A DNA stretch of 64,000 bases. Origin: Christensenellales bacterium (lineage in GTDB: Bacteria; Bacillota; Clostridia; Christensenellales; UBA3700). The position numbers and the translations under genes were made by a program. A model generated the notes under the pieces. That model ran no database searches, was not told the DNA's origin, and saw only the letters and a program-made list of their open reading frames with translations. The stretch is taken from assembly GCA_051883455.1 (NCBI GenBank), contig JBJETT010000002.1, positions 12,584 to 76,583 of the forward strand. Direction: 5' to 3'. Shown one piece after another: positions 31,739 to 42,048 of this stretch; position 1 is the stretch's first letter, and every line of letters starts with the position of its first letter.

Positions 31739-33445
31739 ATGGGAATAATGATTATCGACGGACATAGAGTAGAGTTTACCGACGAGCAGAACATACTTGC
31801 AGTCATCAGAAAAGCAGGTATCGAATTGCCAACCTTCTGTTACAATTCCGACTTGTCCATATACGGTGCGTGTCGTATGTGCGTGGTAGAGGACGATAGA
31901 GGAAGCATTCACGCATCTTGTTCCACCCCACCTAAGGACGGAATGGTTATCAAGACCAACACCGAGAGGTTGCATAAGCATCGCAAGATGATACTCGAGC
32001 TTTTGCTTGCCAGCCACTGCAAAGATTGCACCACTTGCGAGAGAAACGGCAACTGCCGTCTGCAAGAATTGGCAGCTAAGTTCGGTATCAAAAAGATAAG
32101 ATTTGAGGACACTCGTCCAAAAGCAGAGATAGACAAGAGCGCCAAGGGTATCGTTAGAGATCCTAACAAATGTATCCTGTGCGGCGACTGCGTGCGTATG
32201 TGTAGCGAAGTGCAAGGCATAGGTGCTATCGACTTTGCTCATAGAGGCAGCGAGGTTAGAGTTATGCCTGCCTTCAATCGTCCGCTTGCCGAGAGCAACT
32301 GCGTCAACTGCGGTCAATGCGCGGCGGTATGTCCTACGGGTGCTATCGTCATCAACAACCAGACCGACAAGTTGTGGCACTTGCTTGGCAACAAAGAGGG
32401 CAAGCGTATCGTTGCGCAGATTGCCCCAGCCGTAAGAGTGGCAATAGGCGAAGAGTTTGGCTTCGAGGCAGGTAGAAACGGACTCGGTAAGACAGTGGCT
32501 GCACTTCACAAACTCGGCTTTGACGAGGTTTACGACACTTCTTTGAGTGCCGACTTGACGGTTATCGAAGAGTCTAACGAGTTTTTGGATAGGCTCAACA
32601 ACAACGGCGTTTTCCCAATGTTTACCTCGTGCTGTCCCGGTTGGATACAGTACGTAGAAAAGATGCACCCCGAACTCAAGCCTAACGTATCCACTTGTCG
32701 TAGCCCAATGAGTATGTTTAGTAGCGTAATCAAAGATTATTACAACAAAAAGGACGACGGCAAAGAGACCTACGTAGTAGCAATTATGCCTTGTACGGCT
32801 AAGAAATACGAAGCCGACAGACCTGAATTTACCGCAGCTGACGGCAGACAAGAGACCGACCTCGTCATCACTACGAGAGAACTCGTCAAGATGATCAAGC
32901 GTGCAGGAATTTTGTTCAACGAGCTGGAGGGCGAAGCTCCCGATATGCCGTTTGGACTCTTTAGTGGCGCAGGCGTTATATTTGGCGTAACGGGTGGCGT
33001 TACCGAAGCCGTTATTCGTAGATGCAGCACCGACAAGAGCAAAGAGGCGCTTGACAAAATTGCAATTATCGGCGTAAGAGGTAGAGAGACTCTCAAAACC
33101 ACGAGCATTATGATTGGAGATAGAGAGGTCAAAATCGCTATCGTCTACGGACTAAAAGCCGCGGGTGAACTCATCAAAGACTTGCAGTCGGGCAAAGCAT
33201 ACTACGACTTTATTGAGGTGATGGCTTGTCCTGAGGGCTGTATCGCCGGAGGCGGACAACCTTGCACCAAGTATAAAGATAGGGAGCATAGAGCGAGAGG
33301 CTTGTATCACGTAGATAGAAAATTGCAAATCAAGTCGTCCGACCAAAACCCTGCCGTTACTCAAATCTACGACTACATCATAGGCAAGAGAAGACACGAG
33401 CTGTTGCATATCGACTACGTCAAGGACGGCAAGCACGAAGAGTAA
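31739..33445 (+). CDS. hydA: [FeFe]-hydrogenase catalytic subunit (NADH-dependent, group A3 type)
   Basis: H-cluster motifs TSCCPGW, MPCTAKKYE, EVMACPEGCIAGGG; N-terminal Fe-S domains. Confidence 0.93.
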   Translation: MGIMIIDGHRVEFTDEQNILAVIRKAGIELPTFCYNSDLSIYGACRMCVVEDDRGSIHASCSTPPKDGMVIKTNTERLHKHRKMILELLLASHCKDCTTCERNGNCRLQELAAKFGIKKIRFEDTRPKAEIDKSAKGIVRDPNKCILCGDCVRMCSEVQGIGAIDFAHRGSEVRVMPAFNRPLAESNCVNCGQCAAVCPTGAIVINNQTDKLWHLLGNKEGKRIVAQIAPAVRVAIGEEFGFEAGRNGLGKTVAALHKLGFDEVYDTSLSADLTVIEESNEFLDRLNNNGVFPMFTSCCPGWIQYVEKMHPELKPNVSTCRSPMSMFSSVIKDYYNKKDDGKETYVVAIMPCTAKKYEADRPEFTAADGRQETDLVITTRELVKMIKRAGILFNELEGEAPDMPFGLFSGAGVIFGVTGGVTEAVIRRCSTDKSKEALDKIAIIGVRGRETLKTTSIMIGDREVKIAIVYGLKAAGELIKDLQSGKAYYDFIEVMACPEGCIAGGGQPCTKYKDREHRARGLYHVDRKLQIKSSDQNPAVTQIYDYIIGKRRHELLHIDYVKDGKHEE

Positions 33446-33463
33446 CTAAATATTATCAACTAG

Positions 33464-33497
33464 AATTACGGCATTGAAATAATGCCGTAATTTTTTT
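33464..33497 (+). terminator. Intrinsic terminator after hydA
   Basis: aattacggcatt/aatgccgtaatt plus T run. Confidence 0.85.
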
Positions 33498-33559
33498 GCA
33501 ATAGGTTGATCGAAAAGGATTTGAAAGAAGGCAAATTATATTGCAAAAAGTCAAAATTA

Positions 33560-33580
33560 TAGACACGTATCGAGTTTTTT
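33560..33580 (-). repeat. Dispersed motif copy 4 (AAAAAACTCGATACGTGTCTA on minus strand)
   Basis: Exact match to TCGATACGTRT, intergenic. Confidence 0.85.
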
Positions 33581-33709
33581 GAGATTTTAGGACATGTTTA
33601 TACTTCAATTAGCTCATCGTTTTACTTTGCTCGTTTTTCAAAGAAGAATAGCCTCATATATGGATATTTGACGATGTTATAATATCTAGTAATAACTAAA
33701 AATTTTTTA

Positions 33710-33738
33710 TTGACACGCAAGAATTATTGTTTTATAAT
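33710..33738 (+). promoter_or_regulatory. sigmaA promoter of the ABC operon
   Basis: TTGACA, 17 bp, TATAAT. Confidence 0.75.
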
Positions 33739-33769
33739 AAATAAGTATTAAAATAAGGAGGCCACCACG

Positions 33770-34777
33770 ATGGCAAAACAAAAAAAGACAATGAAGATGA
33801 AGAAAATTTACATCGTATCAATGCTCGTAATATTGCTAGTTGCAATTTCGGCATTCTCTTTCGCAGGCTGCTCCAAAGCCGACTACACGGTAGGTATTAT
33901 TCAGCTCCTTCCACACGGTGCTTTGGACAAGGCTAACGAAGGTTTCCAGACGGAACTTACCAAACTTATGAAAGAAGTTGGTAAGACGGTCAAATTTGAC
34001 GACAACAACGCACAAGGCGACCAATCTAACAACGGTACCATTGCACAAAAGCTCGTCAATATGAACGTTGACCTTATCTATGCAATCGCAACTCCATCGG
34101 CTCAGGCTGCCGCAGTTGCAACTAGCAATATCCCTGTTATTTTCAACGCAGTAACCGATCCTGTCGACGCAGGACTCGTAAATAGTGCTACCAATCCTGG
34201 CAAAAACGTATCGGGTTGCAGCGATATGAACCCTATCGCAACGCAAGTTGCTCTGATGAAGGAGCTTGTTCCTACCGCGACTAAGTTCGGCGTGCTTTAC
34301 ACCGCTTCTGAGACCAACTCTCAAATTCAAGCAAATATGGTAGTAGAAGAAGCTAGAGCGCTTGGCGTAGAGACGATAGTTGAGACTATTCAAGACCTCA
34401 ACGATTTGTCAACTGCTCTTGGCAACCTCAAGAATAGAGGCGCACAATGCGTTTATATTCCTACCGACAACGTGCTCGCAGATGCGGCTCAATCGGTTCA
34501 CACTGCCAACACCACCGGCGGATACAATCTTCCTATCGTATGTGGAGAAGGCAGCATGAACGAATTGTGTGGCGTAGCGACCTACGGTCTTGACTACTAC
34601 GAGTTGGGCGTACAAGCTGCAAAGATGGCTTTTGAAGTACTTTACAATCAAGCAGATATTTCTACTATGCCTGTAAGATATCAAACGACCAACTTCACAC
34701 TTAGTGTAAACACCAATATTGCTCAAGCAATAGGCTTTACTATTCCTCAAAGCATCTTGGACGCTTACAACAACTAA
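33770..34777 (+). CDS. ABC transporter substrate-binding lipoprotein (TrpX/ABC_sub_bind type)
   Basis: Lipobox FAGC, HGALD, AIATPSAQ, AVTDPV, IPTDN. Confidence 0.88.
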   Translation: MAKQKKTMKMKKIYIVSMLVILLVAISAFSFAGCSKADYTVGIIQLLPHGALDKANEGFQTELTKLMKEVGKTVKFDDNNAQGDQSNNGTIAQKLVNMNVDLIYAIATPSAQAAAVATSNIPVIFNAVTDPVDAGLVNSATNPGKNVSGCSDMNPIATQVALMKELVPTATKFGVLYTASETNSQIQANMVVEEARALGVETIVETIQDLNDLSTALGNLKNRGAQCVYIPTDNVLADAAQSVHTANTTGGYNLPIVCGEGSMNELCGVATYGLDYYELGVQAAKMAFEVLYNQADISTMPVRYQTTNFTLSVNTNIAQAIGFTIPQSILDAYNN

Positions 34778-34798
34778 TAAGGATTAGCGACAAAACAA

Positions 34799-35797
34799 AT
34801 GGACGTAGTATTTAATATGTTTATCACGGGTACCGGATACGGTATCCTATGGGGAATAATGGCGCTTGGCGTTTACATTACCTACAGACTGCTCGACGTG
34901 GCGGATTTGACCGTAGAGGGAAGTTTCGCTACGGGTGGTGCGGTTGCCGCTATGCTCATTACGAAAGGAGGCATGTCGCCGATTTTGGCGTGTCTTATCG
35001 CTTTGATGGCGGGCGCTATTGCGGGAGCAGTAACGGGTTTGTTGATTACCAAGCTCCGCATTCCACCTATCTTGGCGGGCATTTTGACTATGACGGCTCT
35101 CTATTCCGTCAATTTGTTGATAATGGGCAGCAAGAGCTCGATTGCCATAATTGGACAGTCTATTTTCAAGTTAGGCGCTATTGATATGAAGTATAGCATT
35201 TTGCTTGTTGGGGTATTGTTGAGCGGTGTTATCATTGCGGGTAGCTATTGGTTCTTCGGTACCGAAGTCGGCAGTGCGATTCGTGCCACGGGTGCCAATG
35301 AAAAGATGTGCCGCGCACAAGGTATCAACACCGACAACACCAAGATTATCGGTCTTATGCTTTCCAATGCGCTCGTTGCATTTTCGGGTGCGCTTATCGC
35401 TCAATACCTTGGCACCGGCAACGTTACAATGGGTGTAGGCTCTATCGTCATAGGACTTGCTTCCGTCATCATAGGAGAGACGATAATATCGGCAAAGCAC
35501 AACTTCTTGTGGCGACTTATCAGTGTATTTTTGGGTAGCGTGATATACCGCGTCATCATTACGATAGTGTACTATATGGGACTTGGCACGGAATATATCA
35601 AGCTTCTCACGGCAGTGCTCGTAGTTATCGCACTATCCCTGCCTAATATCAAGGGCAAGTTCAAACGTAGCTCCAAGTCTAACAACTCCAAGCGTGTCAA
35701 AGAAGCGGTGGGCAATCCTACCGACGTGATTATGAACGACGAGGTAGCCAATCAAATAGTAGAGAACGCTGAAAAGGAGGGTGGTGAAAATGCTTAA
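34799..35797 (+). CDS. ABC transporter permease
   Basis: ADLTVEGSFATG, GTEVGSAIRATG, hydrophobic. Confidence 0.9.
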   Translation: MDVVFNMFITGTGYGILWGIMALGVYITYRLLDVADLTVEGSFATGGAVAAMLITKGGMSPILACLIALMAGAIAGAVTGLLITKLRIPPILAGILTMTALYSVNLLIMGSKSSIAIIGQSIFKLGAIDMKYSILLVGVLLSGVIIAGSYWFFGTEVGSAIRATGANEKMCRAQGINTDNTKIIGLMLSNALVAFSGALIAQYLGTGNVTMGVGSIVIGLASVIIGETIISAKHNFLWRLISVFLGSVIYRVIITIVYYMGLGTEYIKLLTAVLVVIALSLPNIKGKFKRSSKSNNSKRVKEAVGNPTDVIMNDEVANQIVENAEKEGGENA

Positions 35798-36584
35798 ACT
35801 TACCAATATTCACAAGACCTTCAATATCGGCACTATCAACGAAAAGAAGGCGCTCAACGGACTTAACCTCGAGATGGAAGAGGGCGATTTCGTTACCGTA
35901 ATAGGCGGTAACGGCGCGGGTAAGTCCACCATGCTCAACATTATCTCGGGCGTATTCCTTCCCGAAGAAGGTAGCGTAGAGATCAACGGCAAGGATATCA
36001 CCAAGTATCCCGAATACAAGAGAGCGTCTATGCTTGGTCGAGTATTCCAAGACCCGATGGTAGGTACTGCTGCCAATATGAGCATTATCGAAAATCTTGC
36101 TCTTGCCAATCGTAGAGGCAAAAAGAGAGGCTTGGGTTGGGGCGTGACCAAAGCGGAACATGCTATCTACAAAGAAAAACTCGCTATGCTTGGACTCAAT
36201 CTCGAAGATAGACTGACTTCCAAGGTGGGTTTGCTATCGGGTGGACAACGCCAAGCGCTCACTTTGCTTATGGCTACTCTCAAAAAACCTGATTTGCTAC
36301 TTTTGGACGAGCACACCGCGGCGCTTGACCCAAAGACTGCCGCCAAGGTGTTGGAATTGACCGAAGAGATTACCTCTAAGGACAACCTCACCACCATAAT
36401 GATTACGCACAACATGAAGGACGCAATCAGATACGGCAATAGATTGGTTATGATGCACAACGGCGCAATCATCTACGACGTCAAAGGCGAAGAAAAGAAA
36501 AGTCTCACCGTTGCCGACTTGCTCAAAAAGTTTGAGGAAGTGGCAGGTACGCAGATGGCCAACGATAGAATGTTGATGAACTAA
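35790..36584 (+). CDS. ABC transporter ATP-binding protein
   Basis: GGNGAGKST, LSGGQRQ, LLLDEHT, ITH. Confidence 0.93.
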   Translation: MLKLTNIHKTFNIGTINEKKALNGLNLEMEEGDFVTVIGGNGAGKSTMLNIISGVFLPEEGSVEINGKDITKYPEYKRASMLGRVFQDPMVGTAANMSIIENLALANRRGKKRGLGWGVTKAEHAIYKEKLAMLGLNLEDRLTSKVGLLSGGQRQALTLLMATLKKPDLLLLDEHTAALDPKTAAKVLELTEEITSKDNLTTIMITHNMKDAIRYGNRLVMMHNGAIIYDVKGEEKKSLTVADLLKKFEEVAGTQMANDRMLMN

Positions 36585-36602
36585 TTGTATAACAACAACT
36601 CT

Positions 36603-36630
36603 AAAAGGACGGATTTTACCGTCCTTTTTT
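36603..36630 (+). terminator. Intrinsic terminator after the ABC operon
   Basis: aaaaggacgg/ccgtcctttttt. Confidence 0.85.
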
Positions 36631-36687
36631 TGCCAAAAAAATTTTATATGTATTGAAAATAGAAAATTTATATATTATAATATATTT

Positions 36688-37392
36688 ATGAGCGAGCAAT
36701 TTTCTAGGACGGCAATGCTACTGGGACAGAGTGCCGTGGACAAGTTGGCTAATTCTTGCGTAGCTATCTTCGGCGTAGGCGGCGTAGGAGGATACGTAGT
36801 TGAGGGCTTGGCAAGGAGCGGAGTCGGCAACTTTGTCTTGATAGACCACGACGTCGTTTCGCTTAGCAATCTCAATAGACAAATCATCGCTCTACATAGC
36901 ACTATCGGCAAAAAGAAAGTGGACGTTGCCAAGGAAAGGATATTAGATATCAATCCTATGGCAAAGGTCACGACGTACGACAAGTTTTATTTGCCGGGTG
37001 ACAATGAAGTAAATCTTGACGGCGTGGATTATATCGTCGATGCCGTGGATACGGTGAGTGCAAAAATCGAAATAATAATGCAAGCGAATAAGCTTGGCAT
37101 ACCCGTTATTAGCAGTATGGGTACGGGCAACAAGACCGACCCGACGGCTTTTGAAATCAAGGACGTGTTTGATACCAATAATTGCGCCCTTGCCAAAGTA
37201 ATGCGTAGAGAACTCAAAGCTCGAGGTATAGACAGCTTGACTACGGTATGTTCTCGTCAACTGCCCATCAAGAGGCAGGCGCAAGAAGGTGAGCGCAAGC
37301 CTACGCCAGCATCGGTGGCATGGTGCCCGTCGGTTGCGGGTTTGATAATAGCAAGCAAAGTAGTCAGTGATTTGACTAACGTTAATAAATAA
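36688..37392 (+). CDS. tcdA: tRNA threonylcarbamoyladenosine dehydratase (ThiF/E1-like)
   Basis: GVGGVGG, SNLNRQ, DAVD, SSMGTG, PLAKVMR-like segment, C-terminal PASVAWCPSVAG. Confidence 0.85.
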   Translation: MSEQFSRTAMLLGQSAVDKLANSCVAIFGVGGVGGYVVEGLARSGVGNFVLIDHDVVSLSNLNRQIIALHSTIGKKKVDVAKERILDINPMAKVTTYDKFYLPGDNEVNLDGVDYIVDAVDTVSAKIEIIMQANKLGIPVISSMGTGNKTDPTAFEIKDVFDTNNCALAKVMRRELKARGIDSLTTVCSRQLPIKRQAQEGERKPTPASVAWCPSVAGLIIASKVVSDLTNVNK

Positions 37393-37421
37393 AAATACAA
37401 AAAGTATAAGGAGAATAAGCA

Positions 37422-39179
37422 ATGAGACCAACGATAGGTATTCGCCCTATCATCGACGGAAGATGTATGGGTGTAAGAGAGAGCCTCGAAGAGCAAACAA
37501 TGAATCTTGCTTTGTCGGCAAAAAAACTGATTGAAGACAACGTTTTTTACACCGACGGCACACCTGCAAGGGTTATTATAGCCGACGGCACTATAGCGGG
37601 CGGTAAAGAAGCGGCTGACTGTGCCGAGAAGTTTGAGGCTAACAACGTAGTTGCGACCTTGTCGGTTACGCCATGTTGGTGCTACGGCAGCGAAACAATA
37701 GACGTCAATCCGCACACCATCAAAGCCGTATGGGGCTTCAACGGTACGGAAAGACCGGGCGCCGTTTATCTTGCCGCAGCGATGGCTGTACACGCACAGA
37801 GAGGCTTGCCTGCATTTAGCATCTATGGCAAGGACGTGCAAGATATGGGCGACACGAGTATTCCTCAAGACGTTCAAGAGAAGATTTTGCGTTTTGCTCG
37901 TTGCGCATTGGCAGTGGGCGAAATGAGGAACAAAGCCTATGTCGGACTCGGCTCGGTATCTATGGGTATCGGTGGCTCTTACGTTGACGCCAACTTCTTG
38001 CAAAAGTATCTCGGCATCAGAGCAGAATGGGTGGACATGTCTGAGATCAATCGTCGCGTTACGCTCGGCATTTACGACCACGACGAATACGAAAAGGAAC
38101 TTGCTTGGATTAAGAAGAACTGCAAGGAAGGTATCGATATCAACGCAGAGCAAAGAAGTAGAGAAGACAAGGACGCTCAATGGGAATTTATCGCCAAGAT
38201 GACGCTCGTCATCAAGGATATAATGCTAGGCAATCCAAAGCTCAAAGAGATGGGCCATCCCGAGGAGTCTTTGGGTAGAAACGCTATCGCGGGCGGCTTC
38301 CAAGGTCAAAGAATGTGGACTGACTGGTTGCCAAACGGCGATTTTACCGAGGCTATCCTCAACTCGACTTTTGACTGGAACGGCAAGAAAGAACCATTTA
38401 CTCTCGCCACCGAAAACGACTGCCTCAACGGCTTGGCAATGCTGTTTAGCAAATTGCTCAACCAAAGAGCTAGCGTCTTTGCCGACGTAAGAACTTTCTG
38501 GTCGCCGGAATCGGTAGAGAGAGTTACGGGTTGGAAGCCAACTGGCAAAGCGTCGGGCGGATTTATCCACCTCATCAACTCGGGCGCAGCAGCACTTGAC
38601 GGTAGTGCAATGTCCCAAGAAGACGGCAAGGCAGTGATGAAACAGTGGTGGAATATGAAGGACGAGGATATCAACGCTTGTATGGGCGCTACTCAGTGGA
38701 CTCAAGCCAACTTGCAATACTTCAGAGGCGGCGGATTTAGTTCTCAATTCCGTACGGCTGCCGAGATGCCTGTCACTATGGTGAGAATTAACCTCATCGA
38801 CGGACTAGGACCCGTTATGCAAATCGCCGAGGGATGGACCGTCGTATTGCCTGACGAGGTTGACTCCAAGCTTTGGAAGAGAACTGACCCAACGTGGCCA
38901 AGCACTTGGTTTGCTCCAAGACTCAGCGACAAAAAGTCGGCTTTTAAGGACGTATATTCCGTCATGGCAAATTGGGGCGCCAATCACGGTGCGTTTACGT
39001 ACGGACACATAGGCAAAGACCTCATTACTCTGGCAAGTATGCTTCGCATTCCTGTCAATATGCACAACGTTGACGACGACGAGCTCTTTAGACCACACTG
39101 CTGGACGGCATTCGGCACGGGCGACAAGGAGAGCGTAGACTACAGAGCGTGCAAAAATTACGGACCACTTTACAAATAA
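37422..39179 (+). CDS. fucI: L-fucose isomerase
   Basis: [40 protein letters not shown]. Confidence 0.95.
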   Translation: MRPTIGIRPIIDGRCMGVRESLEEQTMNLALSAKKLIEDNVFYTDGTPARVIIADGTIAGGKEAADCAEKFEANNVVATLSVTPCWCYGSETIDVNPHTIKAVWGFNGTERPGAVYLAAAMAVHAQRGLPAFSIYGKDVQDMGDTSIPQDVQEKILRFARCALAVGEMRNKAYVGLGSVSMGIGGSYVDANFLQKYLGIRAEWVDMSEINRRVTLGIYDHDEYEKELAWIKKNCKEGIDINAEQRSREDKDAQWEFIAKMTLVIKDIMLGNPKLKEMGHPEESLGRNAIAGGFQGQRMWTDWLPNGDFTEAILNSTFDWNGKKEPFTLATENDCLNGLAMLFSKLLNQRASVFADVRTFWSPESVERVTGWKPTGKASGGFIHLINSGAAALDGSAMSQEDGKAVMKQWWNMKDEDINACMGATQWTQANLQYFRGGGFSSQFRTAAEMPVTMVRINLIDGLGPVMQIAEGWTVVLPDEVDSKLWKRTDPTWPSTWFAPRLSDKKSAFKDVYSVMANWGANHGAFTYGHIGKDLITLASMLRIPVNMHNVDDDELFRPHCWTAFGTGDKESVDYRACKNYGPLYK

Positions 39180-39181
39180 TT

Positions 39182-40423
39182 ATGGATATGAAACAAAAAG
39201 TATTAGATACGATGAATAGGGTCTACCACAGTTCCCTTACTTCCACCAGCGGAGGCAATATCTCGACGATTGACCAAGACGGACACATCTTTATCACGCC
39301 GAGCAGTAAGGACAAAGGAACGTTGTCGGTAGACGATATAGCAGAAGTATTGCCCGACGGAACTCGCCTCGGGCAGTACCCTCCGTCTATGGAGCTTCCT
39401 TTCCACAGCAATATTTACAAGATGAGGAGTGACCTCAAAGCAGTCGTACACGCTCATGCACCTGCCGTAGTTGCTTACGCTACGGCTCGCAGAGTGCCCG
39501 ATTCTTCGGTGGCAAGAGCCTATGAGGACGTTTTGGGCGAGGTAGTCGGCTCGTGCTACGAGCTCCCGGGTAGTCTAAAGCTCGGCGATATCGTCAAGTC
39601 TAAGTTCGAAGAGGGCTACAACGCCGTGATGATGGACAATCACGGAGCAACGGTAGCCGACAGCGATCTCGACAAGGCGTTTATGCGTTACGAAACGTTG
39701 GATTTTCTATGCCAGACCCTCATCAACGCAAGTATGTTGGGTGGAGTCAACAAACCTAAGAGAGTAGAATTGCAAAAGACGGATATTTGCGTAATAGAAG
39801 ATAAGAGCGGACAATTTGAGGCGCAAAAGAAAGAAATATGCGACTTTTGCGTAAGAAGCTACAACAACAAGCTTATGTCCTCGACCTTCGGTACTATTGC
39901 CGTGAGAGCGGGCGAGGGATTTTTGTTCAATCCCGACAGCGTGGATAGAAAGAAGGTTCAACCTGATGATATCGTCTATTGCGTAGGTGGCAATCTTTCT
40001 TCCTTTGAAAGCACCAAATATCTTGCGTATATCAAGGAGATTTTCGACACCAAGCCAGAGGTCAACTGTGTGATGATATCGATGCCAAGCGCGACTATGG
40101 GCTTTGCCGTATCTCACAAGCCACTCAACGCTCGCCTCATTCCCGAGAGTTACATAATGCTCAAAGACGTAACGCGCGCAGAGTACGACGTCATCGCTAG
40201 TGCAGACAAGGTCGCAGGCTTACTTTCGACCACGGCTCCCGCACTCATCATCGACAACGAGGGCGTATTTACCATAGGCAAAAACGTGACCAAGGCATTC
40301 GATAGATTGGAAGTGCTAGATTACAGTGCGCGCTCAATTATATCGGCGCTCGCTATTGCCGATATCGTGCCAATCAACGACGAGCAAGTCAAAGAAATCA
40401 ACGATACTTTCAACGGGTGGTAA
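39182..40423 (+). CDS. Class II aldolase with tandem domains (putative L-fuculose-1-phosphate aldolase)
   Basis: Domain 1: GGNIS, SMELPFH, HAH, NHG; domain 2 is a degenerate repeat; located in the fuc cluster. Confidence 0.85.
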   Translation: MDMKQKVLDTMNRVYHSSLTSTSGGNISTIDQDGHIFITPSSKDKGTLSVDDIAEVLPDGTRLGQYPPSMELPFHSNIYKMRSDLKAVVHAHAPAVVAYATARRVPDSSVARAYEDVLGEVVGSCYELPGSLKLGDIVKSKFEEGYNAVMMDNHGATVADSDLDKAFMRYETLDFLCQTLINASMLGGVNKPKRVELQKTDICVIEDKSGQFEAQKKEICDFCVRSYNNKLMSSTFGTIAVRAGEGFLFNPDSVDRKKVQPDDIVYCVGGNLSSFESTKYLAYIKEIFDTKPEVNCVMISMPSATMGFAVSHKPLNARLIPESYIMLKDVTRAEYDVIASADKVAGLLSTTAPALIIDNEGVFTIGKNVTKAFDRLEVLDYSARSIISALAIADIVPINDEQVKEINDTFNGW

Positions 40424-40424
40424 G

Positions 40425-41876
40425 ATGAAAAGAGTTTTGGCAATAGACCTAGGCGCAAGTAGCGGTAGAGGAATAGTATTCGAGTGCGACGGTGGTAAAA
40501 TGAACTATCAAGAGGTTCATAGATTTGACAACAACGCCGTCAAGGTTGGAGACACTTTGCGTTGGGACGTCGATATGCTTTTGAGAGAAATCACGACCTG
40601 TATCGAGTTATCGACTGCTAGCGGACGAAAAATCGACTCTATCGGTATAGATACTTGGGGCGTTGACTACGGCGTAGTCGATAGCAGAGGCAATATCAAG
40701 GAGATGCCGTATCACTATCGTGACTCTCGTACGTCGGGGTGTATTGACAAGCAAGAGTTGCTCACCAAAAGAGAGACCTTCGACATGGCGGGCATATCTC
40801 TCAACGAGTTCAACACCTCATACCAACTCATCGCACAACAAAAGAGCAACAAGGTCGTCGAGGGCGACACCATACTCTACATGCCCTATTTGCTAGGCTA
40901 TATGCTCACCGGCAAAATGGCTAGCGACGCCACTATTGCAACGACCAGTGGATTTTATCTTGACGGATACAATAGAGGTTTTCTAGACAAGTTAGGTTTG
41001 AATGATAGCAATTTTGCTCCAGTCAAACCCGTAGGAAGCGTGCTTGGCAATCTCAAAGAGGAAATCAAAGCCAAACTCAATCTAACTTACGATATCCCCG
41101 TTATACTCACGTGCGGGCACGATACGGCGTGCGCAATCATGACGGTTATGCAAGAGGAAAAACAACCTCTCTACGTCAGCAGCGGCACTTGGTCGCTATT
41201 CGGCACGCTATCGGATAAGCCAATCGTCAACGACGTAACTTACTCGCAAGGCTACACCAACGAGATAGGATTTGGCGACAAGATATGTCTACTCAAAAAT
41301 ATTATGGGTATGTGGATAATCCAAGAGTGTAGACGCGAGTGGATAAAAAAGCAACCTATAAGTTGGTCGCAGATAGTTGAAGAATGTCAAAAAGTCGACG
41401 AGTTTAAGGGTTATATCAACGTAGCCGACAATATCTTTTCTCCGCCTTTCGGCATGGATGAGAGAATAGTCAAATACGTGAGAGATACTCAAGGGGTTCA
41501 ACTCAAGGGTATAGGCGAAATTGCTCGTTGTGTGTACAATTCTTTGGCTATGGAATACCGCTACGCCTTAGAGGGCTTGCAAGCAATTACGGGTAAGACT
41601 TACGATACGTTGCATATCATTGGCGGAGGCACCAACAATCACTTGCTCAATCAAATGGTGGCGGACTGTCTCGGTGTCAAGGTCGTAGGCGGCTGTGTGG
41701 AAGCTACGGCGATAGGCAACGCACTCGGTCAATTATACGGACTTGGCGTAGTCAAGGACACGAACGAAGCTTATGCTTTGGCGCAAACCACATTCGAGCC
41801 TATCGAGTTTGTTCCTAGCCCCGATAGAGAGATATGGGATAGAGAATATAGTCAATATCTTCGACTAAAAAAGTGA
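40425..41876 (+). CDS. Fuculokinase/rhamnulokinase (FGGY family)
   Basis: AIDLGASSGR, IDTWGVDY, YRDSRT, GHDTA, SSGTWS, NIMGMW. Confidence 0.9.
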   Translation: MKRVLAIDLGASSGRGIVFECDGGKMNYQEVHRFDNNAVKVGDTLRWDVDMLLREITTCIELSTASGRKIDSIGIDTWGVDYGVVDSRGNIKEMPYHYRDSRTSGCIDKQELLTKRETFDMAGISLNEFNTSYQLIAQQKSNKVVEGDTILYMPYLLGYMLTGKMASDATIATTSGFYLDGYNRGFLDKLGLNDSNFAPVKPVGSVLGNLKEEIKAKLNLTYDIPVILTCGHDTACAIMTVMQEEKQPLYVSSGTWSLFGTLSDKPIVNDVTYSQGYTNEIGFGDKICLLKNIMGMWIIQECRREWIKKQPISWSQIVEECQKVDEFKGYINVADNIFSPPFGMDERIVKYVRDTQGVQLKGIGEIARCVYNSLAMEYRYALEGLQAITGKTYDTLHIIGGGTNNHLLNQMVADCLGVKVVGGCVEATAIGNALGQLYGLGVVKDTNEAYALAQTTFEPIEFVPSPDREIWDREYSQYLRLKK

Positions 41877-42048
41877 GTCGGCTGTTTTGCAACTAAGCTA
41901 GTTATAGCCACGACACAACAATTCTACAACGCTATCCAAAAGGGTAGCGTCTTGTCATTTTCATAAGTCAGTTGTTTGACAGCTAGTATTTACGCAGTTT
42001 ATAATAGAGTAAAACAACCCGTTTACAAAAGTTTTGAAAAGGTGAAAT

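Noticed and set aside
33500-33769. T-box upstream of the TrpX-type ABC transporter
   Set aside because: The promoter lies only about 30 nt from the start codon, leaving no room for a leader
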